In this document: one piece after another, positions 7,855-16,505 of the stretch
How the letters are laid out: the number at the start of each line of letters is the position of its first letter
Position numbering within the stretch: position 1 is the first letter of the stretch
Origin: Acidimicrobiia bacterium
GTDB taxonomy: Bacteria > Actinomycetota > Acidimicrobiia > IMCC26256 > JAENVU01
Direction of reading: 5' to 3'
Assembly: GCA_025361725.1 (NCBI GenBank)
Contig: JANYJV010000073.1
Coordinates: 1,079 to 65,078, forward strand
DNA length: 64,000 nt
Notes under the pieces: generated by a model
The model's database searches: none
Told to the model about the DNA's origin: nothing
Seen by the model: the letters and a program-made list of their open reading frames with translations, nothing else
Program-made: the position numbers and the translations under genes

Positions 7855-9228
7855 TCACACCAACTCGAAGTAGCGGTCGAGTTCCCAGGTGGTCACGGCT
7901 TCGGCCATCGGGTCGCCGCCCGTGGTGTGGAACATCAGCCACTCCCAACGGCGCGTGTTCATCCAGTACCGCACGAACGCCGGGTCGAGCACCGCGGCGA
8001 GTCCGGTGTCGGCCTCGAGCGCATCGGCCGCGCTGGTGATCGTCTTCGGCAGGTGCGGATAGCCGTCGGGCGGTAGTCCCCATCCGGTGACGGCGAGCGG
8101 CGGCGGCAACGCCGTGTTCGCGTCGAGACCGGCGAGACCGCTCGCGAGGGTGGCGGCCAGGACGAGATACGGGTTGGCGTCTCCACCGGCAACACGGTTC
8201 TCGATGCGGGCCGCCTTCGGTTCGATCGACAGCACCCGCAGCGACGCGGACTTGTTGTCCTCGCCCCACGACGCCACCGTCGGCGCGGCAGCGAAGCCGA
8301 CCATCCGGCGGTAGGAGTTGATCGTCGGGCACAGGAAGGAGGTCGTCGACCCGGCACTGGCCATCAGCCCGCCGAGCCAATGGCGGGTGGTGTCGCTCAT
8401 CGCGCCGTCGGGCGCGTAGAAGACCGGCTCGCCGTTCCGCGTGAGCGAATGATGCACGTGCAGACCGTTTCCGTACTCGGCCGACGGCTTCGCCATGAAC
8501 GTGACCGCGCGCCCCTGTTCCATCGCCACCTCGCGCATCACCTGTTTCGCGCGTACGACGTGATCGCACGACGTGATCGGATCTGCGGGGTCGAGATTGA
8601 TCTCGAACTGCGCCGGCGCGGCTTCGTCGTGCCAACCCTCTACCGGGATGCCGAGCGCCTCCAAGCGGGCGAGCACGACGTCCAGGAACGCGAGTTGCTG
8701 ACGGGAGTTGTGCTGGAGGTAGCCGATCGGCACGTCGGTCGACATTGGGGTGAGGCCCTGAAAGTGCTTGCGCCGTGCGGTCTCGATCGGCTCGGCGAAG
8801 AGCATCGCTTCGATTTCGAACGCGGCCTTGGCCGCGAACCCGCGGTCGGTCAACTGCGCGAGCACGCGCTTGAGGACACCGCGTGGGCAACTGGGAATTG
8901 CCGTTCCCGACGCGTCGACGAAATCGCAGATGACGTTGGCAGTGCGCGGCCGATCCGGTGCGACGACGAGGGTGGCGAGATCGGGCTGTTGGTAGATGTC
9001 ACCCAACGCGTCGGCCCGCCATTCGTCCCACCACGCGAGGTATGGGGTGCCCGCAAGGTCGTAGCCGAGGACGAGCTCGGTGATCGCGTTGCCGCGCGGC
9101 AGGCACTTCGTGAACTTGGGGGTGCCGATGTGCTTGCCAATGACGAGACCGTCGAGCGAAACTCCCTCGGTCTTCACCCAGCGGATGTCGTTGGCGTCGA
9201 GCCAAGCGGGAACTGCCGCAGCCTCCAC
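7855..9228 (-). CDS. Glutamine synthetase family protein (GlnA3/GlnA4/PuuA-like gamma-glutamyl-amine ligase)
   Basis: The 457-aa product shows a GS catalytic-domain pattern (FEIEAMLF, KPSAEYGNGLHVHHSL, ENRVAGGDANPYL). It lies 5 nt upstream of the PuuD-like gene. Confidence 0.8.
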   Translation of the reverse strand: MEAAAVPAWLDANDIRWVKTEGVSLDGLVIGKHIGTPKFTKCLPRGNAITELVLGYDLAGTPYLAWWDEWRADALGDIYQQPDLATLVVAPDRPRTANVICDFVDASGTAIPSCPRGVLKRVLAQLTDRGFAAKAAFEIEAMLFAEPIETARRKHFQGLTPMSTDVPIGYLQHNSRQQLAFLDVVLARLEALGIPVEGWHDEAAPAQFEINLDPADPITSCDHVVRAKQVMREVAMEQGRAVTFMAKPSAEYGNGLHVHHSLTRNGEPVFYAPDGAMSDTTRHWLGGLMASAGSTTSFLCPTINSYRRMVGFAAAPTVASWGEDNKSASLRVLSIEPKAARIENRVAGGDANPYLVLAATLASGLAGLDANTALPPPLAVTGWGLPPDGYPHLPKTITSAADALEADTGLAAVLDPAFVRYWMNTRRWEWLMFHTTGGDPMAEAVTTWELDRYFELV

Positions 9229-9229
9229 G

Positions 9230-9895
9230 TCAGCGGCCCATCATGAACGCGAGCGAGCAGCCGGTGAGTTCGGCGGTATGCGCGAGCGAGCCGACACCGA
9301 ACAGATTCCCGGCGAGCAGTTCCTCGCCGAAGACGGTGCCGCCGGAGAACATCGAACGGAGGCGATGCGCGGTGCCGTGGATCTCGTACTCCGCCGGGGT
9401 GATGCCGAAGCTGCACTCGGTGTGCTCATCGAGACAGACGACGCGCAGTCCGGCCGGCGAACGCGGGTGGCTCGCGAGCGTGCTCCAGAACCGAGCGGCC
9501 TCTGCCTGCCAGGGGCCCAGCGGAGGTTCGAGGACCTTGCCCGCGGTCAGCGCGAGCCGGAGGTGCGTGGCGGCGCCGGTGATCTTCGGCTTCGGCGCGT
9601 CGAGTTCGCTCATGCGGTTGACGTCGGTGGCGATGGTCACGTGCGTGTCCGGCGCGACGCCCCGCTCCACGAGCACGCGGCCGCGTTGGAATCGGATGGT
9701 TGCGGCCTGCGGGTCGACGGTGGACTTCAGCGCAACGTTGCCCGTGGCCTTCGCCATCATCGATGCCAGTTTGGGCGTCTCCTCCGCACGGCGGAGGGTG
9801 GCCGCGAGGATCAAGACGATGGGCGTGGGGTCGGGTTCGGTCTCCACGATCGACGCGCTCCCTGCGCCGGTCCCAGGCATCGGTTCGGAATCCAT
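9230..9895 (-). CDS. Hypothetical protein, tentatively two SCP2 (sterol-carrier)-like halves
   Basis: Two similar halves fit an SCP2-like pattern: ATIRFQRGRVLVERGVAPDTHVTIATDVN, and a C-terminal LLAGNLFGVGSL...MMG. The assignment is weak. Confidence 0.4.
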   Translation of the reverse strand: MDSEPMPGTGAGSASIVETEPDPTPIVLILAATLRRAEETPKLASMMAKATGNVALKSTVDPQAATIRFQRGRVLVERGVAPDTHVTIATDVNRMSELDAPKPKITGAATHLRLALTAGKVLEPPLGPWQAEAARFWSTLASHPRSPAGLRVVCLDEHTECSFGITPAEYEIHGTAHRLRSMFSGGTVFGEELLAGNLFGVGSLAHTAELTGCSLAFMMGR

Positions 9896-9956
9896 ACCGA
9901 CTACCTACCACGCGCTCCGTGTGATCGGCACGTATACCTCGGAATCGAGGCGTGCG

Positions 9957-11660
9957 TCAGGAGATGGTGGCGGCGGGTACCAAACGGTGTACCCCGCGCG
10001 GCACGAACGAAAGACCATCGCTCTCGTCGAGCAGATCGGCCGCGAGGTAGATCACGGCCATGAACATCTCGGTACCGCGCAGACCGGGCTGGTCTCGTCC
10101 GATCTGCCACGGGAAGCCTTCGCCGTCGACCCAGTCGGCGCACACGCCGTCGAGGAGCGACGCGATCGCGGTCCGGATCTCGCTGCGCCGGTAGTCGGTC
10201 TGACGGCCGAGCAACCAGAGTGGATGCACGATATCCAACAGGTTGCAGGCGTTCCGTTCGCGAGTGGCGAACCACCCGGAATGACGCGCGTGGGCGAGCA
10301 CGGTGTCGATCGCGGCTTCGGGGTTCGGGACATCGACACCGAATTGCGCGTAGGTGCCGCGGGTTAGTCGGTAGAACCCGTTGACCGCCATCAGCCAGCG
10401 GAAGTCGTATTCGCCGACGGGCGCGAGGTACTTGCCCCACATGCCGCTGCGCTGGTCCTGGTGGGTGGGTAGCCAGCCCCAAAGCGTGGGTGCGGTGTTG
10501 GTGGAACCGTGGTGGACGCGATTCAGCATGAGGCCGGTGCCGAAGCCGTCGATCCACGAACCGCTGGGCCACGCGAAGTAGTCGAGGTCCAGGCCGGCGA
10601 GGAGCGCCTCGAGTTGGTTGGCCGAGCACCGCTCGATGATGTGCACCGGATGGGTCGGACCCGCTCCCAACACTTGGAGTGCGTACCCGCACGACAGCAA
10701 GCCGTACATGTCCCACTCTTCGTGCGACGGCGTGAGCGTCATCTCGCGGCCCGGCAGCCTCGGGTCTCGGAAGAGTCCGGTGTCCGGGTCTTGGGTCGCT
10801 TGGATGCGCGCGACGAGTTCGTCACGATCCGCACCGGGAGGTAGCGCACCGAACATGCTCGCGATCTCGATCGCGTCGTTGAGCGGTCGGGGATCGCGCG
10901 GGTCGGCGCCGGGGAACTCCACGTACTCGAGGCGTTCCGTATCCGGGACCCGGCACCCTTCGAGCACGGTCTCCCATTGGTCCGCCGCAGTGGCGTCGAA
11001 CCGCGCGAGCGCGTGGCGGCCAGGCGGCGCCGGCTTCCGGTCGCGCCGGTCCGAGACCTTGCGGGCGGGGACGCCGGCCATCACGCTGTAGGGCTGGACG
11101 TCTTTGGTGACGACCGCACCCGCGGCGATCACGCTGTGCGCGCCGACGGTGACATCGTCCACGACCGTGACGTTCGCGCCGATCCACACGTCGTCCTCGA
11201 TCACCACGCCGATCGACGTCAGCCCCTGATCCATGATCGGGACGTCGGGATCGTCGAACACATGGTTCTCACCGACGAGAACGACGTACGCAGCGATGCG
11301 GACGCGGGACCCGATGGTGACCTTCCCGATGGTGATCACACCGGGGTTGAGGCCGGTGAGCTCGCCGATGATGACCTCACCGCGAATCTTGCAGCCGCTC
11401 GCGATCGTGCTCATCGCACCGAGCGTGAACGTGTCGGCAATGACGTTGGCGCCGAGCGCGACGAAGCTCTGCGGATGCACGTCGTATCCCGCTCGCGCGC
11501 CGAGTTCCGCGTGCGCGGCGATGCGCTCGGGCGACGGGTCAGGGACGTAGACGAGCCACCACGGTTCGTCTTCGATGCGGTCGGCCGGGAGTTCGGTCCA
11601 CCGGTCGCTCGCGAGTGGACCCGGCGCCGGCGCAGCTTCCGCGTGGTCGTCACTCGTCAT
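9957..11660 (-). CDS. Fusion protein: N-terminal left-handed beta-helix (hexapeptide) acyltransferase plus a C-terminal alpha/alpha-toroid (prenyltransferase/terpene-cyclase-repeat-like) domain
   Basis: Hexapeptide repeats run from IGSRVRIAAYVVLVG to VWIGANVTVVDDVTVGAHSVIAAGAVV. The C-terminal ~330 aa contains repeated Q-x-x-D/S-G-(L/M)-(F/W) motifs (QDPDTGLF, QDQRSGMWG, VDGEGFPW). Confidence 0.6.
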   Translation of the reverse strand: MTSDDHAEAAPAPGPLASDRWTELPADRIEDEPWWLVYVPDPSPERIAAHAELGARAGYDVHPQSFVALGANVIADTFTLGAMSTIASGCKIRGEVIIGELTGLNPGVITIGKVTIGSRVRIAAYVVLVGENHVFDDPDVPIMDQGLTSIGVVIEDDVWIGANVTVVDDVTVGAHSVIAAGAVVTKDVQPYSVMAGVPARKVSDRRDRKPAPPGRHALARFDATAADQWETVLEGCRVPDTERLEYVEFPGADPRDPRPLNDAIEIASMFGALPPGADRDELVARIQATQDPDTGLFRDPRLPGREMTLTPSHEEWDMYGLLSCGYALQVLGAGPTHPVHIIERCSANQLEALLAGLDLDYFAWPSGSWIDGFGTGLMLNRVHHGSTNTAPTLWGWLPTHQDQRSGMWGKYLAPVGEYDFRWLMAVNGFYRLTRGTYAQFGVDVPNPEAAIDTVLAHARHSGWFATRERNACNLLDIVHPLWLLGRQTDYRRSEIRTAIASLLDGVCADWVDGEGFPWQIGRDQPGLRGTEMFMAVIYLAADLLDESDGLSFVPRGVHRLVPAATIS

Positions 11661-13065
11661 CGTGGGATCCTCGCGTCAACTTCTTCACCCGGGTCAGCTC
11701 CACGCGGTCGCCGTGTTCCTTGTAGAACGGATCGAGGGGGAAGCAGCCGGAGACCAGACCGTGCCTCGGGGCAGTGGTGCAATCGGAGAACGTCCGACAG
11801 ATCTGCGTGCGTAGCAAGGCGCGGCCGGCAAGCACGTCGGCCGGCAGGTCGGGGTACGAGAGCACCATGCGGCCGAGCCCGATCATCGTGGCGTCACCAC
11901 GGCCCACCACCTCCTGGCCCGCGTGCGCCAGCCAGTCCTGGAGATAGGAGTAGCCAGACCCGATGACGGTGAGGTCGGGATGGCGGTGGGTGATCTCGGC
12001 GGTCGCCGCAAGCTGGCGTGCCACGCCGACCAACGGATCTTCCGGCGGTTGGTAGCCGTCTGACGGTGGGAAGTAGGCCGGTCGTTGCACGTGCGGGTTG
12101 TAGTGCGGGCTGCCGGCAGTGATGCTCACGAGTCCGATACCGAGATCGGCGACCGCGTCGAGGAATGCGTGCGTTTCGGTGAGGTCGATGCCGAGGCCGG
12201 TGCCGTCACCGCCGAACGCGTACGGATAGTTGGCCTCGATCGTCTCGGGCGCACCGATTCGATCGGAGCCGGGCACGAACGGCATGAGGTCGAACGCCGA
12301 GAGCCGCACCGCGATCGCGAGCTGTGGTGTGCGGGCGCGGATTCCGCTCACGACCGTGCGGAGGAAGTGCATGCGGCCGTCGAGGTCACCGCCGTACGGA
12401 CCGGGTCGATCGTGCGCGCTCAAGAGTTCGTGCAGGAGGTACCCGTGACAGTGCTTCACGTCGACGAAGTCGAAGCCCGCGTCGTGGGCGAGCACGGCTG
12501 CGTCGACGTAGGTCTGCGCGAGCGCGTCGAGTTCTTCATCGTCGAACCGGTGGGCATCGGTCGCGTCGACGCGCCGGTCAAGCCAGGGATGGCGATACGC
12601 GATGCGTGGTGCGGGCGCGCCGTCGGGGCGAGACCAGCGACCGGAATGGGTGAGCTGGAGTCCGGCGACTTGGCCGGGTGCGAGCAGAGTGCGGAGGGTT
12701 GCGAACTCGTCGACGGTCGAGCGATCGAGCAGGAGCTGGTGGGGATTGGCGCGGCCGTCGGCGCGCACCGCAGTGGCTTCGCACCAGGCGAGCCCGGCGC
12801 CGCTCGCGCCGATGCGGTCCCATCGGCGGCGGACGAGGTCGGTCGGGTGGCCGTCGGCGGTGCCGTCCCAACCCTCCATCGGCAGGATCGCAAACCGGTT
12901 CGGCGCGGTGAGGGCACCGGCGCTCGCGTCGCGGATCGTCACTGCTTCCCCCAGCGGACCGGGCGCATCGACGTGGTGGGCAACGGGAATATCGACGCCA
13001 AGATCCGCGACGTGGGCGCGGAACTCTTCGACGGTTCGGAGCCGCTTGACCTGGGTGTACCTCAC
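11650..13065 (-). CDS. NADH:flavin oxidoreductase, Old Yellow Enzyme-like TIM barrel with a Cys-containing C-terminal tail
   Basis: The translation contains FAILPMEGWDGTADG, LQLTHSGR, FDFVDVKHCHGYLLHELLS, GGDLDGRMHF and AVRLSAFD. It overlaps both neighbours (11 nt and 4 nt). Confidence 0.75.
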   Translation of the reverse strand: MRYTQVKRLRTVEEFRAHVADLGVDIPVAHHVDAPGPLGEAVTIRDASAGALTAPNRFAILPMEGWDGTADGHPTDLVRRRWDRIGASGAGLAWCEATAVRADGRANPHQLLLDRSTVDEFATLRTLLAPGQVAGLQLTHSGRWSRPDGAPAPRIAYRHPWLDRRVDATDAHRFDDEELDALAQTYVDAAVLAHDAGFDFVDVKHCHGYLLHELLSAHDRPGPYGGDLDGRMHFLRTVVSGIRARTPQLAIAVRLSAFDLMPFVPGSDRIGAPETIEANYPYAFGGDGTGLGIDLTETHAFLDAVADLGIGLVSITAGSPHYNPHVQRPAYFPPSDGYQPPEDPLVGVARQLAATAEITHRHPDLTVIGSGYSYLQDWLAHAGQEVVGRGDATMIGLGRMVLSYPDLPADVLAGRALLRTQICRTFSDCTTAPRHGLVSGCFPLDPFYKEHGDRVELTRVKKLTRGSHDDE

Positions 13066-14012
13066 GTGAAGTCGCGCAGCCGGTCGAGGATGTCAGCCAA
13101 CACGGAACGGTCGGACTCGGGTCGACGGGGTACACCCGGGGCAGTGGCGTCCGTCCCGGCCCAGCCGCGCAGCTCGAAGCACATCGCCGCGTCGTGGCGG
13201 TAGGCAGGGACCGGATCGCGGAACGCGAACGCGCCGAGGTACTGCAGCAGGTCATTGAGTTCGTAGAAGCGCGCATCACCGGCTGCCCACATGCGGTCTC
13301 GCGCCGCGAAGGCTTCGGGCGCAAACGTCGAGAGCCCGAGGAGATAGTCCGCGCCGTACATCACCATGTCGATGGCGAGGTCGTTTCCGGTGAAGACCTT
13401 GAAGTCGGGCCGCGATTCATCGCGGACCTGCAGCCGGTCCCACTCGAGTTCTCGGCTGAGCGACGAGTGCTTGGCTCCGATGCATTGGGGGATCCGCACG
13501 AGCGCGCGATATGCGTCGAGCGACACGATCCGGCCGTAGGGCACGAACATCGGTCCGAGTTCGAACCCGATGAACCGATCGATGTGGGTAGCGATCGCCC
13601 GGTGGGCATCGACCCAACCGTCGTCGTCGAGCTCGTTCAATCCGTGCGACGGGAAGATGACCGGAGTGCCGCCGCGCCGGGTGATTGCATCGCTCGCGCG
13701 CCGGTACGCATCGAGATCGAGCGGCGCACCGGTGGTGTCGGGGACGTACGCGCCGGCGACGAACGCGCCACCGGTGACCGTGGCCGCGAGGTCGAGCACG
13801 TGCTCCTTGTCAACTTCGTTGAGGAGTTGCACGTACCCGGTGTCCATGTTGACGGCCGGGGTGAGTCCGACCTCATGCGTGCGGGCGATGTGGGCTTCGA
13901 CTGCGTGCCAATCGATCTCGCCATCGGTGGTGAAGGGCACCAGGACGGCCGACATTCCGGTGATCGTGCGTTGCGGCCGTACTCGTGCCGGGATGTCGGG
14001 GTTGCCGGTCAT
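13062..14012 (-). CDS. Dihydrodipicolinate synthase/N-acetylneuraminate lyase superfamily (DapA-like class I aldolase) protein
   Basis: ATG at 14012. The translation contains MSAVLVPFTTDGEIDW, GLTPAVNMDTGY, and IGAKHSS with the candidate Schiff-base Lys. Confidence 0.65.
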   Translation of the reverse strand: MTGNPDIPARVRPQRTITGMSAVLVPFTTDGEIDWHAVEAHIARTHEVGLTPAVNMDTGYVQLLNEVDKEHVLDLAATVTGGAFVAGAYVPDTTGAPLDLDAYRRASDAITRRGGTPVIFPSHGLNELDDDGWVDAHRAIATHIDRFIGFELGPMFVPYGRIVSLDAYRALVRIPQCIGAKHSSLSRELEWDRLQVRDESRPDFKVFTGNDLAIDMVMYGADYLLGLSTFAPEAFAARDRMWAAGDARFYELNDLLQYLGAFAFRDPVPAYRHDAAMCFELRGWAGTDATAPGVPRRPESDRSVLADILDRLRDFT

Positions 14013-14051
14013 CGTCCGATCATCGCGCACCGGCCTTCCTCCTCCCCACCT

Positions 14052-14105
14052 CCGACTCTCGCGCGATTTGGGGGTCCCGGGCACCCCAAATCGCGCAGAA
14101 GTCGG
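14052..14105. repeat. Long imperfect palindrome (REP-like hairpin) in the spacer between the sulfatase and DapA-like genes
   Basis: CCGACT-CTC-GCGCGATTTGGGG-(10 nt containing CCCGGG)-CCCCAAATCGCGC-AGA-AGTCGG. This gives a 13-bp perfect inner stem plus a 6-bp outer stem. Confidence 0.7.
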
Positions 14106-14122
14106 GGAGAGCGCGGCGGCAA

Positions 14123-15688
14123 CTACACCGGGGCCTCGACGTCCAGACGCGGAGTATGTGCCTGAGGTTGGTGGTCCCAGAGGTCCGCAACCAAGTCCGA
14201 CTGCAGCGCGGCGACGGCGGGGTCGTTCCACCGGTTGTCGTGCTGCAGCGGATCCGCGCCAAGGTCGTACAACTCTCCCTCGTTACCGTTGTGCACGAAC
14301 CCCGGCCGGTACGTGGTGCAGACCCAACCGTTGCGCGTGATCGTCCGGAGATGGACGCCGACACCCCAGAGCTCGCTGTCCCACTCCGTGAGCACTCGCT
14401 CCTTGTCTCGATCGGTGGCGTCTTGGTCGTCGATCGGGAGTGCGGTGGCCTGGAGGTAGTCGGGCGCGTCGACACCCGCGATCGCACAAAACGTCGGAGC
14501 GAGTTCCACCAGACCAACGGGAGTGGTGACGACGGCGGGCGCGATGTGCGCCGACGGTGCCGGTCGCCAGATCAGGGGGAGTCGCATCAAGGAGTCCGTG
14601 TGGTACGGGCCCTTGAACAGCAGGCCGAAGTCGCCCTGAAGCTCACCGTGGTCGGTGGTGAACACGATGTCGACGTCGTCGGTCCACCCGCGCGTGTCGA
14701 TCGCGCGCAGCACGCGCCCGAGCGCTTCGTCGATGAGTTCGCACTCGACCGCGTTGCGGGCGTTCACTTCGCGTACCTGGTCCGCCGTCATCGTCGCGGG
14801 TACCCAGTGCTTCGGCGCTTCGTAGTTGGAGACGAGATCGCCGTCGTACCACATGCGCCAGTGACGCGGCTTGTCGTCGAGTATGCGTTCACGCTCGGCT
14901 GCGGTGGTGGGATAGCCGGCTGGGAGCGGCGTGTCCTTCCAGAGGATGCGATGCATCTCGGACTCGGGTGGGTCCCACGGATGGTGCGGATCCGGGAAGC
15001 TCATCCAGCAGAACCAGTCGTCGGTCGCGTCGAGGCCGTCGAGCCACGCGATCGTGCGATCGGCCACCCAATCGGTGTGGTACCAGTCGCGCGGAATCGG
15101 GTTGGCCGTCACTTGCGGTGCGTCGGTGTCGCCTCCGCCGAGCGCGCTCACGTTCCAGCCCGCGTCGATCGCGGCGTAGAACATTCCGACGGCTTCGGGG
15201 TGGTTGGCGCCGAGCCACCGCGCGTAGTGGAGCATCCCCGCGGCGCCGTGGGTCGCGAACTCGAGGTGGTCGAACCCGCGGTGCGGGCCGACGGTGCCGT
15301 CCGCCCACGGCCGTTGTGCGGTCTCGTTGCCGGACCGGGCGAGCAGGTTCTCGGTGAACCGACCGAACGCGTCCATGAACGGTTCGAAGTGGGCCTTGCC
15401 GATGAGCGCGGTTCTGTAGCCGGCGCGGTGGAGATCGGCTGCGACCGACGGCGCGTCAACCGGCAGCGGCACGCCGTTCATCCACACGCCGTGGGTGCTC
15501 GGGTACTGGCCAGTGAGCATGGTGGATCGCGAGGGCATGCAGACGACCGACTGCGGGATCGCCCTTTCGTAGCGAATACCGGCGGCTGCGAGCGCGTCGA
15601 CAACGGGTGTGCGAGCCAGTGTCCCGCCGTTGCAGCCCAACGTGTCGTACCGCTGTTGATCCGTCGTGACGAACAAGATCTTCCGCAC
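14123..15688 (-). CDS. Sulfatase (formylglycine-dependent, type I)
   Basis: The N-terminus reads ILFVTTDQQRYD, the C-x-P-x-R motif is CMPSRSTMLTG, and GKAHF is present. Confidence 0.85.
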   Translation of the reverse strand: MRKILFVTTDQQRYDTLGCNGGTLARTPVVDALAAAGIRYERAIPQSVVCMPSRSTMLTGQYPSTHGVWMNGVPLPVDAPSVAADLHRAGYRTALIGKAHFEPFMDAFGRFTENLLARSGNETAQRPWADGTVGPHRGFDHLEFATHGAAGMLHYARWLGANHPEAVGMFYAAIDAGWNVSALGGGDTDAPQVTANPIPRDWYHTDWVADRTIAWLDGLDATDDWFCWMSFPDPHHPWDPPESEMHRILWKDTPLPAGYPTTAAERERILDDKPRHWRMWYDGDLVSNYEAPKHWVPATMTADQVREVNARNAVECELIDEALGRVLRAIDTRGWTDDVDIVFTTDHGELQGDFGLLFKGPYHTDSLMRLPLIWRPAPSAHIAPAVVTTPVGLVELAPTFCAIAGVDAPDYLQATALPIDDQDATDRDKERVLTEWDSELWGVGVHLRTITRNGWVCTTYRPGFVHNGNEGELYDLGADPLQHDNRWNDPAVAALQSDLVADLWDHQPQAHTPRLDVEAPV

Positions 15689-15766
15689 GTCATCTCCGCT
15701 CTTGGCGCCTGCGGCGCCGGGCCGCTCGGGCCACGCCTCGCCGCGTGGCTTCGAGCGCTCGTTGGT

Positions 15767-16171
15767 CTAGCGGCGAGGCTGTTGGTCTTCCTCGAGTTGG
15801 CGTTTGAGTTCCTTCAGGGCGTTGCCGGTGGCGCCGCCGATCATGAGGGCCAGCGCGGCTGGTTCGCAGTCGGTCGAGTAGGCCACGAGGCTCCGGCCAT
15901 CGCCGAGGTCGAAGACGTCGATCGTCCCAAGGTGATCCTGAATGAAGCCGGGCGCCAGTCGGTATTGGAACCGGCGTTGGATCGCGTCATTGGTGACGAT
16001 CTCCTCGGCCATCGGGAGGCCCGACTCGGTCGTGATGATGCGCGTGGTCCCGTCGACCGTGGCGTTGACCATGCCGGGAAACCAATCGGCGATCGTGACC
16101 GGGTCGCCGATGACCGCGTACACGTCGTCGGCGGTTCGATTGATGATGACCTGACGCCGAACTGAGGCCAT
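15767..16171 (-). CDS. SRPBCC (START/polyketide cyclase-dehydrase-like) family protein
   Basis: The translation begins MASVRRQVIINRTADDVYAVIGDPVTIADWFPG. Start chosen at ATG 16171. Confidence 0.7.
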   Translation of the reverse strand: MASVRRQVIINRTADDVYAVIGDPVTIADWFPGMVNATVDGTTRIITTESGLPMAEEIVTNDAIQRRFQYRLAPGFIQDHLGTIDVFDLGDGRSLVAYSTDCEPAALALMIGGATGNALKELKRQLEEDQQPRR

Positions 16172-16209
16172 GTTGCTCCTAGAACGCGATCGCGTGGGTG
16201 AAGAGGCGG

Positions 16210-16500
16210 TCATGCGATATCGAGATAGAAGATTTCGACGCCACCGTCGTCGACGATCGCGGCGTACACCGCGAGAAGAGGGACCAGCATTCCGGACCCG
16301 ATCAGGACGCGTACGTCGGGTTCGAGATCACTTGGTGTCGTCGCCATTTCGAAGTTCGTTGCCAACGTCTCGATGATGTTGGGCATCTCATGCAGGAGAA
16401 AGTCCGTGGCCGACGGGCTCCCGTTCGGGGATCGCTGCTGTGGGAGGAGGTCGTCGAGCCGATCGAAGAACTGTTGGGTGACGCGAACCTCGCGACGCAA
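16210..16500 (-). CDS. Small hypothetical protein, possible RelE/ParE-like toxin (weak)
   Basis: The C-terminal pattern is VRVLIGSG...AVYAAIVDDGGVEIFYLDIA. A TTG at 16500 lies 5 nt after the upstream stop. The start is uncertain. Confidence 0.3.
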   Translation of the reverse strand: MRREVRVTQQFFDRLDDLLPQQRSPNGSPSATDFLLHEMPNIIETLATNFEMATTPSDLEPDVRVLIGSGMLVPLLAVYAAIVDDGGVEIFYLDIA

Positions 16501-16505
16501 CGGCG

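Noticed and set aside
7121-8890. 589-aa ORF-track entry extending the PuuD-like gene 1 kb upstream
   Set aside because: Only the last 242 aa (from ATG 7849) show the amidotransferase signature. The extension overlaps the GlnA-like gene in another frame. The same reasoning was applied to the 5' extensions at 921..3203, 13062..14231, 21819..23600, 23940..25340, 26315..27544, 36362..37702 and 38107..38937.
13985-16165. 726-aa plus-strand ORF
   Set aside because: It is antisense to the sulfatase and SRPBCC genes, which have clear family motifs. Its own translation is Arg/Gly/Val/Asp-rich with no recognisable motif. This is a typical shadow ORF in very GC-rich DNA.
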